DNA of 64,000 nt from Clostridiales bacterium (GCA_022786995.1 JALFUW010000073.1:12894-76893); one strand, 5' to 3'; shown: positions 45,937 through 56,704, counted from the first letter of the stretch. The notes: generated by a model from the letters alone, not told the origin. Numbers and translations are program-made.

Positions 45937-47316
45937 ATGAAACAACGAAACCGTATTGCTTTTTTCAATATTCTCAGCACCGTGGTTCTGAAAGGCTCTG
46001 CCTTTTTTACGGGGATGCTGTTTGCCCGGCTGCTGGGCGGCAGCGGCTATGGATCGCTGAAGCTGTACAATATCTCCGTCAGCATCGTGACCATATTGTT
46101 TTCTCTGCAAACCCAGACCACGCTGGCCAATGCCCGGGTTGAATACCCGGAGGAGGCGCAGAAGGGTTATCAGTCCTCAGCCATGACCCTGTCGGTGCTG
46201 TTCTTTGGGATGTGCACGGGAATCGTGCTGCTGTTCCTGAGACCTGTTTCCTCCCTGCTGAATCTGACGCCCGTGCTGATTTTTCTGCTGCTGTTTCAGG
46301 CCTTCGGCAACTTCTGCGTGGAGTTTCTGAACAAGAAAAATGTCTACGAATTCCGTGCCGGATGGAATATGATTCTGTCCTTAGTGATGACGTTGGTGCC
46401 GCTGGCGCTGGCAGTCGTCCTGATTCTGCAAATGCCCTATGAGACCCGGTATGTGGGCCGGGTGATTGCCAATTCCCTTTCCTATGGCGTCGTGGGTACG
46501 GCGGTCTGCATCGGAATTCTGCTCCGAGGAAAGACCTTTTATTGCCGGGAGTACTGGAAATTCTGCCTGGTGCTGGCTCTGCCCGCGGTGTTTCACAACC
46601 TGTCCGACCTGATTCTCAATCAGATGGATTCGCTGATGCTCAATGCCCTGATGAATACCGCTGCTGTGGGCTACTACGGCAATGCCTGGGGGTTCGCGAA
46701 TTTCCTGTTCATCCTGTTTCAGGCCCTGAATAACATCTGGTGCGCGTATTTCTTTGAAGATATGAAAACAGGGGGACGGGAGTCGCTGCTGGAGAAATCC
46801 CGGAATTTTCTGGAAGTCTTCACGATTCTCGCCTGCGGCTTTATGCTGCTGGCGCCGGAGGTATATCATGTGTACGCACCGAAGGAATTCTGGGTGGCGA
46901 CCATGGTGATCCCCCTGTTTACGGCGGCGTATTATGTAAACTTCCTGTGCACCTTCCCGGTGAATTTTGAGTATTACCACAAGAGGCCCAAGGCGGTGGC
47001 GGTGATTACCGTTTCCTCATCGCTAATGAATCTGGTGCTGAACTTCGTGTTCATCAAGACCATCGGCATGGCAGGCGCGGCAGTGGCGACACTGGCTTCC
47101 CATGGCCTGCAGCTGGTATTGCACCATGTTTATTCCAGACGGCTGGGAGACTATCCCTTCCCTGTGAAGCTGTGGGGAGGATACGCCTTGGGGTTCTGCG
47201 CTGTTCTGGCTGTCGTGCTTCTGCTGCCGGATGCCTGGTTTATTCGCTGGCCTTTGGGGGCGGTGCTGGGCATTTTTATGCTGCTGCGCATCAGCCGTCG
47301 GAAAGTATTGATTTGA
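45937..47316 (+). CDS. wzx: Wzx oligosaccharide flippase
   Basis: 12-14 TM MOP-type protein; H.LS..IL...D..M motif; GMAGAAVAT. Confidence 0.85.
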   Translation: MKQRNRIAFFNILSTVVLKGSAFFTGMLFARLLGGSGYGSLKLYNISVSIVTILFSLQTQTTLANARVEYPEEAQKGYQSSAMTLSVLFFGMCTGIVLLFLRPVSSLLNLTPVLIFLLLFQAFGNFCVEFLNKKNVYEFRAGWNMILSLVMTLVPLALAVVLILQMPYETRYVGRVIANSLSYGVVGTAVCIGILLRGKTFYCREYWKFCLVLALPAVFHNLSDLILNQMDSLMLNALMNTAAVGYYGNAWGFANFLFILFQALNNIWCAYFFEDMKTGGRESLLEKSRNFLEVFTILACGFMLLAPEVYHVYAPKEFWVATMVIPLFTAAYYVNFLCTFPVNFEYYHKRPKAVAVITVSSSLMNLVLNFVFIKTIGMAGAAVATLASHGLQLVLHHVYSRRLGDYPFPVKLWGGYALGFCAVLAVVLLLPDAWFIRWPLGAVLGIFMLLRISRRKVLI

Positions 47317-47322
47317 TCCTGC

Positions 47323-47353
47323 GCGGCCGGGCTTACCAAAGCCCGGCCGCTTT
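47323..47353 (+). terminator. Terminator separating the two glycan modules
   Basis: gcggccgggctt/aagcccggccgc followed by ttt. Confidence 0.75.
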
Positions 47354-47361
47354 ACTTGTGC

Positions 47362-47390
47362 TTGCAATTCCATAGGAAAAGATGTATAAT
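47362..47390 (+). promoter_or_regulatory. sigma-A promoter of glycan module 2
   Basis: TTGCAA-N17-TATAAT. Confidence 0.75.
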
Positions 47391-47434
47391 ACAACTGAAA
47401 TTGTGACCATTTTTTCAATGAGAGGCGCAGGCAT

Positions 47435-48574
47435 ATGAAGAAAAAAGTTCTGTTTGTGGCGACGGTGGTAAAGACCCACATCATGCAGTTTCATATTCCG
47501 TATCTAAAGCTGTTTCAGCAGGCTGGATGGGAAACGGCTGTAGCCTCTCGAAATGACTATGAAAATCCGGCTGACTGCGTGATTCCATATTGTGATCAAT
47601 ACTATGATATTCCCTTTGAGCGGATGCCTTGGAAGCCAAAGAATTTGCAGGCCTACAAAATGCTCAAGGAAATCATCGACCGGGAAGATTATGACATCAT
47701 CCACTGTCATACCCCTGTTGGCGCCCTGATTGCCCGGCTGGCGGCGCTGGATGCCCGGAAGCTGGGGACGAGGGTGATCTACACGGCCCACGGCTTCCAC
47801 TTTTTCACCGGCGCGCCGGCGCAATACTGGCTGCTGTTCTATCCGCCCGAGCGGCTGCTGGCCCCGGTGACGGATGTGCTCATTACCATCAACCGGGAGG
47901 ATTACGCCCGAGCGCAGAAGCGGCTTCCCGCCAAGCGCATTGAATATGTTCCTGGTGTGGGTATTGATACGGGAAAATTCCGCAATCTGGAGGTTGACCG
48001 ACAGGCAAAGCGGGCATCTCTGGGCTTTACCGACGCGGATTTCCTGATGCTCACCGTGGCGGAAATGACGCCCAATAAGAACCACATTACCGTGCTCAAA
48101 GCCCTTGCCGCCTTGAAGGATCGGCCGGAATTTGCCCACATGCACTACCTGATTGTTGGTCGGGGAGAGATGTGGCAGTCCCTGGAAAAAAGCGCCGCCG
48201 AGCTGGGAATTTCCGATCACGTCCATTTCCTCGGATACCGCACCGATGCGCCGGAATGGTACCGCTGCTGCGACCAGTTCGTATTCATGACCTTCCGGGA
48301 GGGGCTGTCCGTTGCGTTGATGGAGGCCATGAGCAGCGGTATGTCCATTATCTGCACGAAAATCCGGGGCAATACCGATCTGATTGAGGATGGCGTGTCG
48401 GGCCTGTTCTGCGAAAACACCCCGGAAGCTCTGGCGGATATGCTGCCCAAGCTGTACGCCGACCCGGAGAAGCGAAGGATGCTGGGGCAGGCCGCGGCAG
48501 AGCGGTCGCTGCTGTTTGATGAAAAAACCATCCACGCCCGGATGAGGGAAATCTACTTTGGAGAGGGGAGATAA
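47435..48574 (+). CDS. GT4 glycosyltransferase (EpsD-like)
   Basis: HCHTP, YTAHGFHF, PGVG and REGL...MEAM motifs. Confidence 0.9.
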   Translation: MKKKVLFVATVVKTHIMQFHIPYLKLFQQAGWETAVASRNDYENPADCVIPYCDQYYDIPFERMPWKPKNLQAYKMLKEIIDREDYDIIHCHTPVGALIARLAALDARKLGTRVIYTAHGFHFFTGAPAQYWLLFYPPERLLAPVTDVLITINREDYARAQKRLPAKRIEYVPGVGIDTGKFRNLEVDRQAKRASLGFTDADFLMLTVAEMTPNKNHITVLKALAALKDRPEFAHMHYLIVGRGEMWQSLEKSAAELGISDHVHFLGYRTDAPEWYRCCDQFVFMTFREGLSVALMEAMSSGMSIICTKIRGNTDLIEDGVSGLFCENTPEALADMLPKLYADPEKRRMLGQAAAERSLLFDEKTIHARMREIYFGEGR

Positions 48575-48576
48575 GG

Positions 48577-49539
48577 ATGCCCGGAACGCTGATTGTTTCG
48601 CTGGATTTTGAGCTGTTCTGGGGGATGCTGGATGTCTGCCCTCTGGAAAAATACCAGGCCAATGTGCTGGGCGGCAGAAAGGCCATCCCGAAGCTTCTGG
48701 AGCTGTTCCAGAAGCACGGCATTCACGCCACCTGGGCCGCCGTGGGCTTTCTCTTTGCCGAGAACTATGACGAGGCTTGCCGCTATTTCCCGGAGAAGAA
48801 ACCGGGCTATGCCAATGGCGACCTGAATCCTTACCCGGAATTCGACAAAATCGGAAAAACAGAAGAGGACGCCCCCTGCTTTTTCGGTTCCTCCCTGTTA
48901 AAACAGATTGCTGCCGTTCCGGGGCAGGAGATCGGCAGCCACACCTTCAGCCACTACTACTGCCGGGAAGCTGGGCAGACCCCGGAGGAGTTCGCGGCGG
49001 ATTTGGCGGCGGCAAAGGCCATTGCCAACGACCATGGCTATGACCTGACCTCTGTGATTCTGCCCAGAAACCAGTGCGAGCCGGAATATACGGAAATCCT
49101 CCGTCAGACAGGCTTCACCGCCTACCGGGACGAGGAAAACGACTGGATTTACAATAAGGTGAAAAGCGGCCTTCTCTTCAAGGTGCTGCGAACCCTGGAT
49201 ATGTACCTGCCGCTGACGGGGCAGGGGGGCTATACGCCCAAATGCGAGGGTGGGATCTGGAATCTCACCGGCTCCCGGATGTACCGTCCTATCAAGCCCC
49301 ATTTGCCGCTGGAAGGCCTGAAAATCCGCCGGATCAAGGGCCAGATGCTCCACGCGGCGAAAAACGGCCTGACCTTCCATCTGTGGTGGCACCCCCACAA
49401 CGTGGGTGTCCATACGGAGGAACACCTGAAACAGCTGGAAGAAATCTTCTCTTACTATGAGGAACTGAAAGAAACCTACGGAATGCGCAGCCTGAATATG
49501 CGGGAAGCTGCCGAAGAATTGTCAAAACAGGGAGATTGA
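48577..49539 (+). CDS. Polysaccharide deacetylase (CE4/NodB-like)
   Basis: SLDFEL.WG, ATWA.VG, EIGSHTFSH, PRNQ and HLWWHPHN motifs. Confidence 0.88.
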   Translation: MPGTLIVSLDFELFWGMLDVCPLEKYQANVLGGRKAIPKLLELFQKHGIHATWAAVGFLFAENYDEACRYFPEKKPGYANGDLNPYPEFDKIGKTEEDAPCFFGSSLLKQIAAVPGQEIGSHTFSHYYCREAGQTPEEFAADLAAAKAIANDHGYDLTSVILPRNQCEPEYTEILRQTGFTAYRDEENDWIYNKVKSGLLFKVLRTLDMYLPLTGQGGYTPKCEGGIWNLTGSRMYRPIKPHLPLEGLKIRRIKGQMLHAAKNGLTFHLWWHPHNVGVHTEEHLKQLEEIFSYYEELKETYGMRSLNMREAAEELSKQGD

Positions 49540-49541
49540 CC

Positions 49542-50573
49542 ATGAAAGTATTGCACGTTCTCAATTCCCGCATCTACTCCGGCGCGGAGAAGGTGGTCTG
49601 CCAGATCATCAAGTCCTTCCGGGGCGAAATCGATATGGTCTATACCAGCCCGGAGAGTGAAATCGTGGCGCAGATGCTCGCTGAACAGGGTGTTAAGTAT
49701 CTTCCCATGAAGAAGATGAGCGTCTCCGAGCTGAGCCGGGTGATCCGGGAGCAGAAGCCCGATCTGATCCACGCCCATGATATGCGGGCAGGCTTTTTCA
49801 GCGCTCTGTGCTGCGGGAACATTCCGCTGGTTTCTCACGTCCACAATAACGCCTACGATGCCCGGGGACTGTCCCCGAAGACCGTGGGCTACTTGCTGGC
49901 GGGCTTTAAGGCAAAGCACATTCTCTGGGTGTCCCAAAGCTCCTTTGACGGCTACGCGTTCCATAAGCTGTTCGCGAAAAAGAGCAGCGTATTGTATAAT
50001 ATCATCGACACCCAGCAGATTTCCGATAAGAAGGAAAGCGATCCCAACACCTATGACTACGATATGATCTATGTGGGCCGCCTGACCTTCCAGAAGGATC
50101 CCCAGCGGCTGATGCGGCTGTGCGCCCGTCTGAAAGAAGAGAAACCCGATTTGAAGGTGGCCATCGTGGGCACCGGCGAGCTGCTGGAAGAAGTGCAGGC
50201 CCTGTGCGAAAGCCTGAATATTCAGGAAAACGTTCATTTTCTGGGCTTCCAGAGCAATCCGATTAAGATGGTGGCGGACAGCAAGGCCATGATTCTCACC
50301 TCCCGCTGGGAGGGCACGCCCATGTGCGCGCTGGAAGCCATGTACCTTGGCACCCCGGTGGTCAGCACTCCCTCTGACGGCATGAAGGATCTGCTGGAGG
50401 ACGGCGTCAGCGGCTATCTGACAGACGACGATGAGCAGATGGCAAAGGATCTTCTGAAAATCTTCACCGACCCTGCCCACCGCGAATTCTTAGCGGAAAA
50501 TGCCAGACGGAAGTTTGATGCCATCAACGACGCGGATGCTTACAAAAAGGCAATTTCTGATTGCTATTTCTGA
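49542..50573 (+). CDS. GT4 glycosyltransferase
   Basis: SGAE, VGRL..QK and EGTPMCALEAM motifs. Confidence 0.9.
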   Translation: MKVLHVLNSRIYSGAEKVVCQIIKSFRGEIDMVYTSPESEIVAQMLAEQGVKYLPMKKMSVSELSRVIREQKPDLIHAHDMRAGFFSALCCGNIPLVSHVHNNAYDARGLSPKTVGYLLAGFKAKHILWVSQSSFDGYAFHKLFAKKSSVLYNIIDTQQISDKKESDPNTYDYDMIYVGRLTFQKDPQRLMRLCARLKEEKPDLKVAIVGTGELLEEVQALCESLNIQENVHFLGFQSNPIKMVADSKAMILTSRWEGTPMCALEAMYLGTPVVSTPSDGMKDLLEDGVSGYLTDDDEQMAKDLLKIFTDPAHREFLAENARRKFDAINDADAYKKAISDCYF

Positions 50574-50582
50574 GGAAACGCT

Positions 50583-51653
50583 ATGAAAATCATGCAGGTC
50601 ATTCCCTATTTCTGCTTCGGCGGGGCGGAGATCATGTGCGAAAATCTGACCTACGCCCTGAAAAGCGCGGGGCAAGAGGTCTTTGTGGTCAGCCTTTACG
50701 CTGAGCGGACACCCATCGCCCGACGTATGGAGGAAGCGGGAATTCGAATTGTGTACCTTGACAAAAAACTTGGCCTTGATTTGTCAATGGTGCCCAAGCT
50801 AACCGATATTATCCGACGGGAGGGCCCGGATGTGGTGCACACCCATCTGGACGTGATCAAGTACGCGACCATGGCCGCGAGACTGGCTGGGGTAAAGAAG
50901 TGTGTCCACACGGTACACTCCCTTGCCGACCGGGAAGCCGAGGGCCGGGTGCAGAAGATCATCAACGGCTTCTATTTCCGTAAGGCTTGGTCGGTGCCGG
51001 TGGCCCTGACCCCGGAGGTGCAATCTTCCGTAGCGGAATTCTACGGCCTGCCGCCTGCCCGCGTTCCTGTTATCTACAACGGCATCGACCTGTCCCGGTG
51101 CGTTCCTAAAACCAGCTATGAGACAGGAGAAACTGTGACCATTCTCCATGTAGGCCGCTTCGATGTCCCTAAGAACCATGCGGGGCTGCTGGAAGCCTTC
51201 CGGCTTCTGCTGAAAAGCTGCCCACAGTGCCGCCTTCGGCTGGTGGGAGACGGCGATTTGCGTGCTGACATGGAAGCGCTGGCTCGGGAAAAAGGGATTG
51301 CGGATGCCGTGGAATTCTGCGGAATGCAGTCCAATGTGTATCCCTATCTTCATGACGCGGACATCTTTGTCCTTCCGTCCATATATGAGGGAAACCCTAT
51401 GACCATTATCGAGGCCATGGGTACCGGCCTGCCCATGGCCGCTTCCCGGGTGGGGGGCATCCCGGACATGATTGCCGACGGAGAAAGCGGCATCCTTGTA
51501 GAGCCGGAACCCCAATCCATCTGCGAGGGTCTATCCCGTCTGGTGGAGGACAAATCCCTTCGTCAGCGTCTTGGCGAAACCGCGCGAAAGCAAAGCCAGA
51601 CCTTTTCCGCGGAGCACATGGCCCGGGACTATATTTCCTGTTACAGCAAGTGA
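50583..51653 (+). CDS. GT4 glycosyltransferase
   Basis: GGAE, HVGRF..PKNH and EGNP..IIEAM motifs. Confidence 0.9.
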   Translation: MKIMQVIPYFCFGGAEIMCENLTYALKSAGQEVFVVSLYAERTPIARRMEEAGIRIVYLDKKLGLDLSMVPKLTDIIRREGPDVVHTHLDVIKYATMAARLAGVKKCVHTVHSLADREAEGRVQKIINGFYFRKAWSVPVALTPEVQSSVAEFYGLPPARVPVIYNGIDLSRCVPKTSYETGETVTILHVGRFDVPKNHAGLLEAFRLLLKSCPQCRLRLVGDGDLRADMEALAREKGIADAVEFCGMQSNVYPYLHDADIFVLPSIYEGNPMTIIEAMGTGLPMAASRVGGIPDMIADGESGILVEPEPQSICEGLSRLVEDKSLRQRLGETARKQSQTFSAEHMARDYISCYSK

Positions 51654-51662
51654 GGTGACACC

Positions 51663-52646
51663 ATGGACACCATTTCGGTGATTGTACCGGCCTATAACAT
51701 CGGCCCATACTTAAGCAGGAGTCTTGACAGCCTGCTGGCCCAGACATACCAAAATCTGGAAATCATCGTGGTGGACGATGGCTCCTCTGATAATACCGTG
51801 GCAGTTATGCGGGAATACGCCGAAAAATCCGACAGAATCCGCACGATTTTTAAGGAAAACGGCGGTGTCACCTCTGCCCGTCTCCGGGGCGTTCAGGAAG
51901 CCACGGGCGACTGGATTGCCTTCATGGACGGTGATGATTATGTGGAGCCCCAGATGTACGCAAGGCTTCTTGAAAATGCCCAAAGCTGCGGCGCGGACAT
52001 CTCCCACTGCGGACATCAGGTGCATTATTCCGATGGACGCATTGAGTACGTCCACCAGTCCGGCAAGATTCACACCCAGGATCACCGCCTGGGCCTGTGG
52101 GAGCTGCTGGATAACCGGGATGTGAGCATGAGCCTGTGCACTAAGCTGTACCGGCGGCGGCTCTTTGAAGGTCTGGAAAACTGGATGGATACCTCTATCC
52201 GCAACAACGAAGACCTTCTTATGAACTATTACCTCTTTGACCGGGCGGAAACCGGGGTTTTTGAGGGAAACTGTCCCTATCACTACATTTTGCGCAAGGA
52301 TTCCGCCTCCTGCAAGGGCATCACGGAAGCCCATATTTTTGATCCCATCCGGGTGCGCCGAATCCTGTTGGAGCGGGCTGCCCCGGAGATGAAGGATGAT
52401 GTGCATCAGGCGCTGCTGCGAAATCTCCTGTTTGCCTACGCCCAGGTGGATGTGCATCCCCGACGAAACCAATACGGAACCTACCGCCGGCGGGTGCGGG
52501 ACATGCTCCTGAAGGAGCGGGAATTCTTTCACTTGCTGTCGTTGAGAAACAAGGTACTTGCCAATATGATCTGCTATGCCCCCTGGAGCTTCCATCTGGC
52601 CTACGGCGCCTTTGTGGCCCTGTTTCAACGGGAGGAGCAGCACTAG
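51663..52646 (+). CDS. GT2 glycosyltransferase
   Basis: ISVIVPAYN, DDGS.D and FMDGDD motifs. Confidence 0.9.
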   Translation: MDTISVIVPAYNIGPYLSRSLDSLLAQTYQNLEIIVVDDGSSDNTVAVMREYAEKSDRIRTIFKENGGVTSARLRGVQEATGDWIAFMDGDDYVEPQMYARLLENAQSCGADISHCGHQVHYSDGRIEYVHQSGKIHTQDHRLGLWELLDNRDVSMSLCTKLYRRRLFEGLENWMDTSIRNNEDLLMNYYLFDRAETGVFEGNCPYHYILRKDSASCKGITEAHIFDPIRVRRILLERAAPEMKDDVHQALLRNLLFAYAQVDVHPRRNQYGTYRRRVRDMLLKEREFFHLLSLRNKVLANMICYAPWSFHLAYGAFVALFQREEQH

Positions 52647-52657
52647 AAGGAGAAAAA

Positions 52658-53641
52658 ATGACCGATTTACCGCTCATTAGCGTGATTGTCCCGGTGTACC
52701 GGGTGGAAGACTATCTCGACAAGTGCATCCGATCCATTGCGGAGCAGACCTATTCCAATCTGGAAATCCTGCTGGTGGATGATGGCTCCCCGGACGCAAG
52801 CGGTGCAATCTGCGACCGCTGGGCGGAATCAGACTGCCGCATCCGAGCGATTCATCAGAAGAACGCCGGAGCCGGCGCGGCCCGCAATAGGGCGCTGGAT
52901 GCCGCGGAAGGCGACCTGATTGCCTTCGTGGACAGCGACGATTACCTGCACCCCAATCTGTACGCCCATCTGTATGGTCTGATGAAGGACGGGGTGGAGA
53001 TCGCGGAGTGTGAAATCGGCATTACGGAAACCGATGACCTTTCCATGGACGACGGAACCGGGGCGAAGGTACTGATCTGTGATACGGAGGAAGCCCTGCG
53101 CCTGCACATTAAGGACGAAATATTCCGTCAGACGCCCCCCAATAAGCTCTACCGCCGGGCGTGTGTGGGGGATATCCGCTTCCCGGAGGGAAACCTCATT
53201 GACGACGAATTCTTTACCTACAAGGTTCTCGGAAACGCGAAAAAACTGGCCCACAGCTCCGCCTGCATGTACGCCTACCGCCAGCAGTCCGGCAGCGCCA
53301 TGCACAAGCCCTATTCTCTGCGCCGATTGCAGGGGCTGGACGCGAAATTGCAGCGGCTGACGTATTTTGAACAGCGGTTTCCGGCTCTTGTCTGGGAAGC
53401 GAAAGCGGATTTGCTTATGACCTGCCTTGGGGCCATGCAGGGCTGCCTGCGCAGCCTTAAGGATGAAGAAATGGAAGCGGCTCGTGGGAAGCTAATGGAA
53501 GTGCTGAAGCAGATCACACCACTGGAAATTCCCAAAGCGGTTTCGGCGAAGCGACGGTTTTTACTGAAAGCCGCTCAGAAAAATCTGGGACAGACCGCGA
53601 AACTGCTGAACTTTTTAATCGACATTCATCTGCTGACCTGA
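52658..53641 (+). CDS. GT2 glycosyltransferase
   Basis: ISVIVPVY, DDGSPD and FVDSDD motifs. Confidence 0.9.
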   Translation: MTDLPLISVIVPVYRVEDYLDKCIRSIAEQTYSNLEILLVDDGSPDASGAICDRWAESDCRIRAIHQKNAGAGAARNRALDAAEGDLIAFVDSDDYLHPNLYAHLYGLMKDGVEIAECEIGITETDDLSMDDGTGAKVLICDTEEALRLHIKDEIFRQTPPNKLYRRACVGDIRFPEGNLIDDEFFTYKVLGNAKKLAHSSACMYAYRQQSGSAMHKPYSLRRLQGLDAKLQRLTYFEQRFPALVWEAKADLLMTCLGAMQGCLRSLKDEEMEAARGKLMEVLKQITPLEIPKAVSAKRRFLLKAAQKNLGQTAKLLNFLIDIHLLT

Positions 53642-53649
53642 GGTGTTCC

Positions 53650-54540
53650 ATGGAATTTGCGAATAAAATCACCGTATTTACCCCGGTCTACAACCGGGCG
53701 CATACACTGCCCAAACTGTACCGTTCCCTCCGGCGGCAGACCTTCCAAAACTTTGAGTGGCTTATTGTGGACGATGGCTCCGCGGACGGCACCGGGGAAC
53801 TGGTCAAAAAATGGCAGTTAGAGGAGAATTTCTTTCCCATCCGATATGTTTATCAGGAAAACGGCGGCAAATGCCGGGCCATCAACCACGGTCTGGAACT
53901 GGCGCGGGGTGAACTGTTTTTTACGGTGGATTCTGACGACTACCTTCTGGATGACGCGTTGGAAAACGCTGCCCGGTGGGAAGCGGAACTGCCCAAAAAT
54001 GAAAAATTCTGCGCGGTTTCCGGCAATTTGGGCACCGCGCCGAGACAGACCCCCAACGCGCCGCTGCCCCAGCCTTATTTTGATGGCACAGCCCTTGATC
54101 GCTATGGCGTTGTCAAAGGAGAGCGGGCGCTGCTGTTCTATACGAAGGTGCACCGGGAATATCTGTACCCCGTCTGCCAGGGCGAGCGGTTTATGACGGA
54201 AGCGGTTGCGTGGAACCGCATGGCCGCCGACGGTTGGAAAATTCGATTTTACAATGAGATTCTGACCATTTATGAATATCAGCCCGACGGCCTGACCAGC
54301 GCCGGAGACGATCTGTTTTGGTGTAACCTTCAGGGCACCGGCATCTTTTTCCGGGAGAAAGCGGAATTTCTCCACGATCCCCTGAGGAAAAAACTGGCAA
54401 TGTGGTACGGCTATGCCACGGAAGCGGCGGACAGGCTCACAAATGCCCAGATTGCGGCGTATATCGGAATGCCCCGGATTCTGATACCCCCGGTGCGCTG
54501 GATCGACAGGCTGGTTAAAATAATCAAGAGGAAGAGGTAA
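53650..54540 (+). CDS. GT2 glycosyltransferase
   Basis: TVFTPVYNR, ENGGK.RAIN, VDSDD and YQPDGLT motifs. Confidence 0.9.
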   Translation: MEFANKITVFTPVYNRAHTLPKLYRSLRRQTFQNFEWLIVDDGSADGTGELVKKWQLEENFFPIRYVYQENGGKCRAINHGLELARGELFFTVDSDDYLLDDALENAARWEAELPKNEKFCAVSGNLGTAPRQTPNAPLPQPYFDGTALDRYGVVKGERALLFYTKVHREYLYPVCQGERFMTEAVAWNRMAADGWKIRFYNEILTIYEYQPDGLTSAGDDLFWCNLQGTGIFFREKAEFLHDPLRKKLAMWYGYATEAADRLTNAQIAAYIGMPRILIPPVRWIDRLVKIIKRKR

Positions 54541-54543
54541 GCT

Positions 54544-55386
54544 ATGGCGCAGTATCATGTTAGCATTTCCGCCAAACACAAATGGCTGGAATTAAATCTG
54601 AAAGAGGTCTGGAATTATCGTGACCTGATTTATCTGTTTACCAAGCGTAACTTTGTGGTCTCCTACAAGCAGACCATCCTCGGCCCGGCGTGGCTGTTTC
54701 TGACGCCGCTGCTCAGCAGCGTGGTGCAGGCCTTTGTCTTCGGCAAAATCGCGGGCATTGGTACCGACGGGGTGCCCACCTACCTGTTCTACCTGTGCAG
54801 CAACGCCATCTGGGCTTATTTTGCCAACTGTCTGACCACCAACGCCAGTACCTTTACGGAAAACGCCGGCGTCTTTGGCAAGGTCTATTTCCCCAGACTG
54901 GTGACGCCGATTTCCAACGTTATCTCCACCATCATCCGCTTTGCCATTCAGATGATCATGGTGTGCTTGTTCCTGGGTTACTTCCTGATTCAGGGCGCCG
55001 TGCATCCTCACTGGGCAGCGTGGCTGATGATCCCGGTGGAGCTGGTGCATCTGGGCATTCTGGGCATGGGCTGCGGCATCATTATTTCCAGCATGACCAC
55101 CAAATACCGGGATCTGACGGTGCTGGTGGAGTTTGGCGTGCAGATGTGGATGTACCTGACCCCCATTGTCTATCCTCTGTCCACCGCGGCGGAGGGCTGG
55201 GTGCGCACGGGCCTGCTGTTAAATCCCGTGACTTGCTCCGTAGAAATCATGCGCTATGCCATCGTGGGGTCTGGAACCCTGCACTGGGGCTTCTACGGCC
55301 TTTCCTGGGCGGTGACCCTGACGGTAGCGGTGCTGGGCATCATGATTTTCAACCGGGTTGAGCGGACCTTCATGGATACGGTGTAA
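54544..55386 (+). CDS. wzm: Polysaccharide ABC exporter permease Wzm
   Basis: YKQTILG..W, KVYFPR, YRD and TPIVYP motifs. Confidence 0.92.
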   Translation: MAQYHVSISAKHKWLELNLKEVWNYRDLIYLFTKRNFVVSYKQTILGPAWLFLTPLLSSVVQAFVFGKIAGIGTDGVPTYLFYLCSNAIWAYFANCLTTNASTFTENAGVFGKVYFPRLVTPISNVISTIIRFAIQMIMVCLFLGYFLIQGAVHPHWAAWLMIPVELVHLGILGMGCGIIISSMTTKYRDLTVLVEFGVQMWMYLTPIVYPLSTAAEGWVRTGLLLNPVTCSVEIMRYAIVGSGTLHWGFYGLSWAVTLTVAVLGIMIFNRVERTFMDTV

Positions 55387-55399
55387 GGAGGTGCGTTGC

Positions 55400-56704
55400 G
55401 TGGAAACAAAAGAAGTTGCCTTGCGCCTTCAGGGCGTCAAAAAGCGCTACCGATTGGGCCAGATCGGCGGCGGCACCCTGACCGCCGACCTGCAGAGCTG
55501 GTGGGCAAGAGCCCGGGGCAGGGAAGATCCCAATACCCTCATCGGCACCGACCAGCGGCTGGTGGGCAAGACCTTCATGGCCCTCAACGGCATCGATCTG
55601 ACGGTGTACAAGGGGGAAGCCCTGGGCATCATCGGCAGCAACGGCGCTGGTAAGAGCACCATGCTTAAGCTGCTGTGCCGGGTCACCGCCCCGACGGAGG
55701 GCCAGATCGACCTTTATGGCCGGGTGGCTTCCATGCTGGAAGTCGGCACCGGCTTTAACGGTGAAATGACCGGCCGGGAAAATGTCTATATGAACGGCGC
55801 GATTCTGGGCATGACCAAGGCGGAAATTGACGCCAAAATGGAGAATATCATCGAGTTTTCCGAGGTGCGGGAGTTTATTGATACCCCCGTCAAGCGGTAT
55901 TCCAGCGGCATGTTTGTCAAGCTGGCCTTCTCCGTGGCGGCCCATCTGGACAGTGAAATCATGATCATGGACGAGGTGCTGGCGGTGGGCGACGTGGCCT
56001 TCCAGCGCAAGTGCATCGATAAAATGCGGGACGTAGCCAGGCAGGAGGGCAGAACCGTTCTGTATGTTTCCCACAACATGAGCACCATCCGCCGGCTGTG
56101 TGATCGGTGTGTGGTGATGGACAAGGGTAAGATCATCTTTGTGGGCGATGTGGAGCAGGCCATTGAGCTGTATCTGAGCAATACCCATGAGCAGTGGTCG
56201 GAGAATCAGACGGTATTTGATTTGACGAATACATCTTCCCGTTCGCCTTACACACCCGGCAACGCCCAGATCACCCGTGTGGAGCTTCTGGATAAGGAAA
56301 GCTCCCTGTATCGTTCCGGGGAGAAAATCCGCATGAAGCTTCGGGTGCATACGAAGAAAGCCTTCGAGGAAATGCACCTGCGGCTGGAGCTTCGAACCCG
56401 GGACGAAACCCCGGTGGGCACCATGCCAGACGTGCTTCTGGGCCGCTGTGAGGAAAACACCGATCAGGAATATGTGGTGGAGCTGGATCCCATCAGCCTG
56501 ACGAACGGCCGCTACCGGCTGGATATGGTGCTGTTTGAGAAGGACGACTGCGGCAACAGCTTCGACCAGGAGCTATTGCTGCCTGCCTTCTACTTTGAGG
56601 TGCAGGAGCCGGAGGACATTGTATGGAACCAGGCCAACTGGGGTCACATTCGGTTCCCGGAAGCGTCTGCGCTGCCCTGTAGCCGGGAAGGAAAGCCGCT
56701 ATGA
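55400..56704 (+). CDS. wzt: Polysaccharide ABC exporter ATPase Wzt with C-terminal carbohydrate-binding domain
   Basis: GSNGAGKST, YSSGM and DEVLAVGD motifs; ~170-aa C-terminal beta-rich extension. Confidence 0.92.
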   Translation: METKEVALRLQGVKKRYRLGQIGGGTLTADLQSWWARARGREDPNTLIGTDQRLVGKTFMALNGIDLTVYKGEALGIIGSNGAGKSTMLKLLCRVTAPTEGQIDLYGRVASMLEVGTGFNGEMTGRENVYMNGAILGMTKAEIDAKMENIIEFSEVREFIDTPVKRYSSGMFVKLAFSVAAHLDSEIMIMDEVLAVGDVAFQRKCIDKMRDVARQEGRTVLYVSHNMSTIRRLCDRCVVMDKGKIIFVGDVEQAIELYLSNTHEQWSENQTVFDLTNTSSRSPYTPGNAQITRVELLDKESSLYRSGEKIRMKLRVHTKKAFEEMHLRLELRTRDETPVGTMPDVLLGRCEENTDQEYVVELDPISLTNGRYRLDMVLFEKDDCGNSFDQELLLPAFYFEVQEPEDIVWNQANWGHIRFPEASALPCSREGKPL

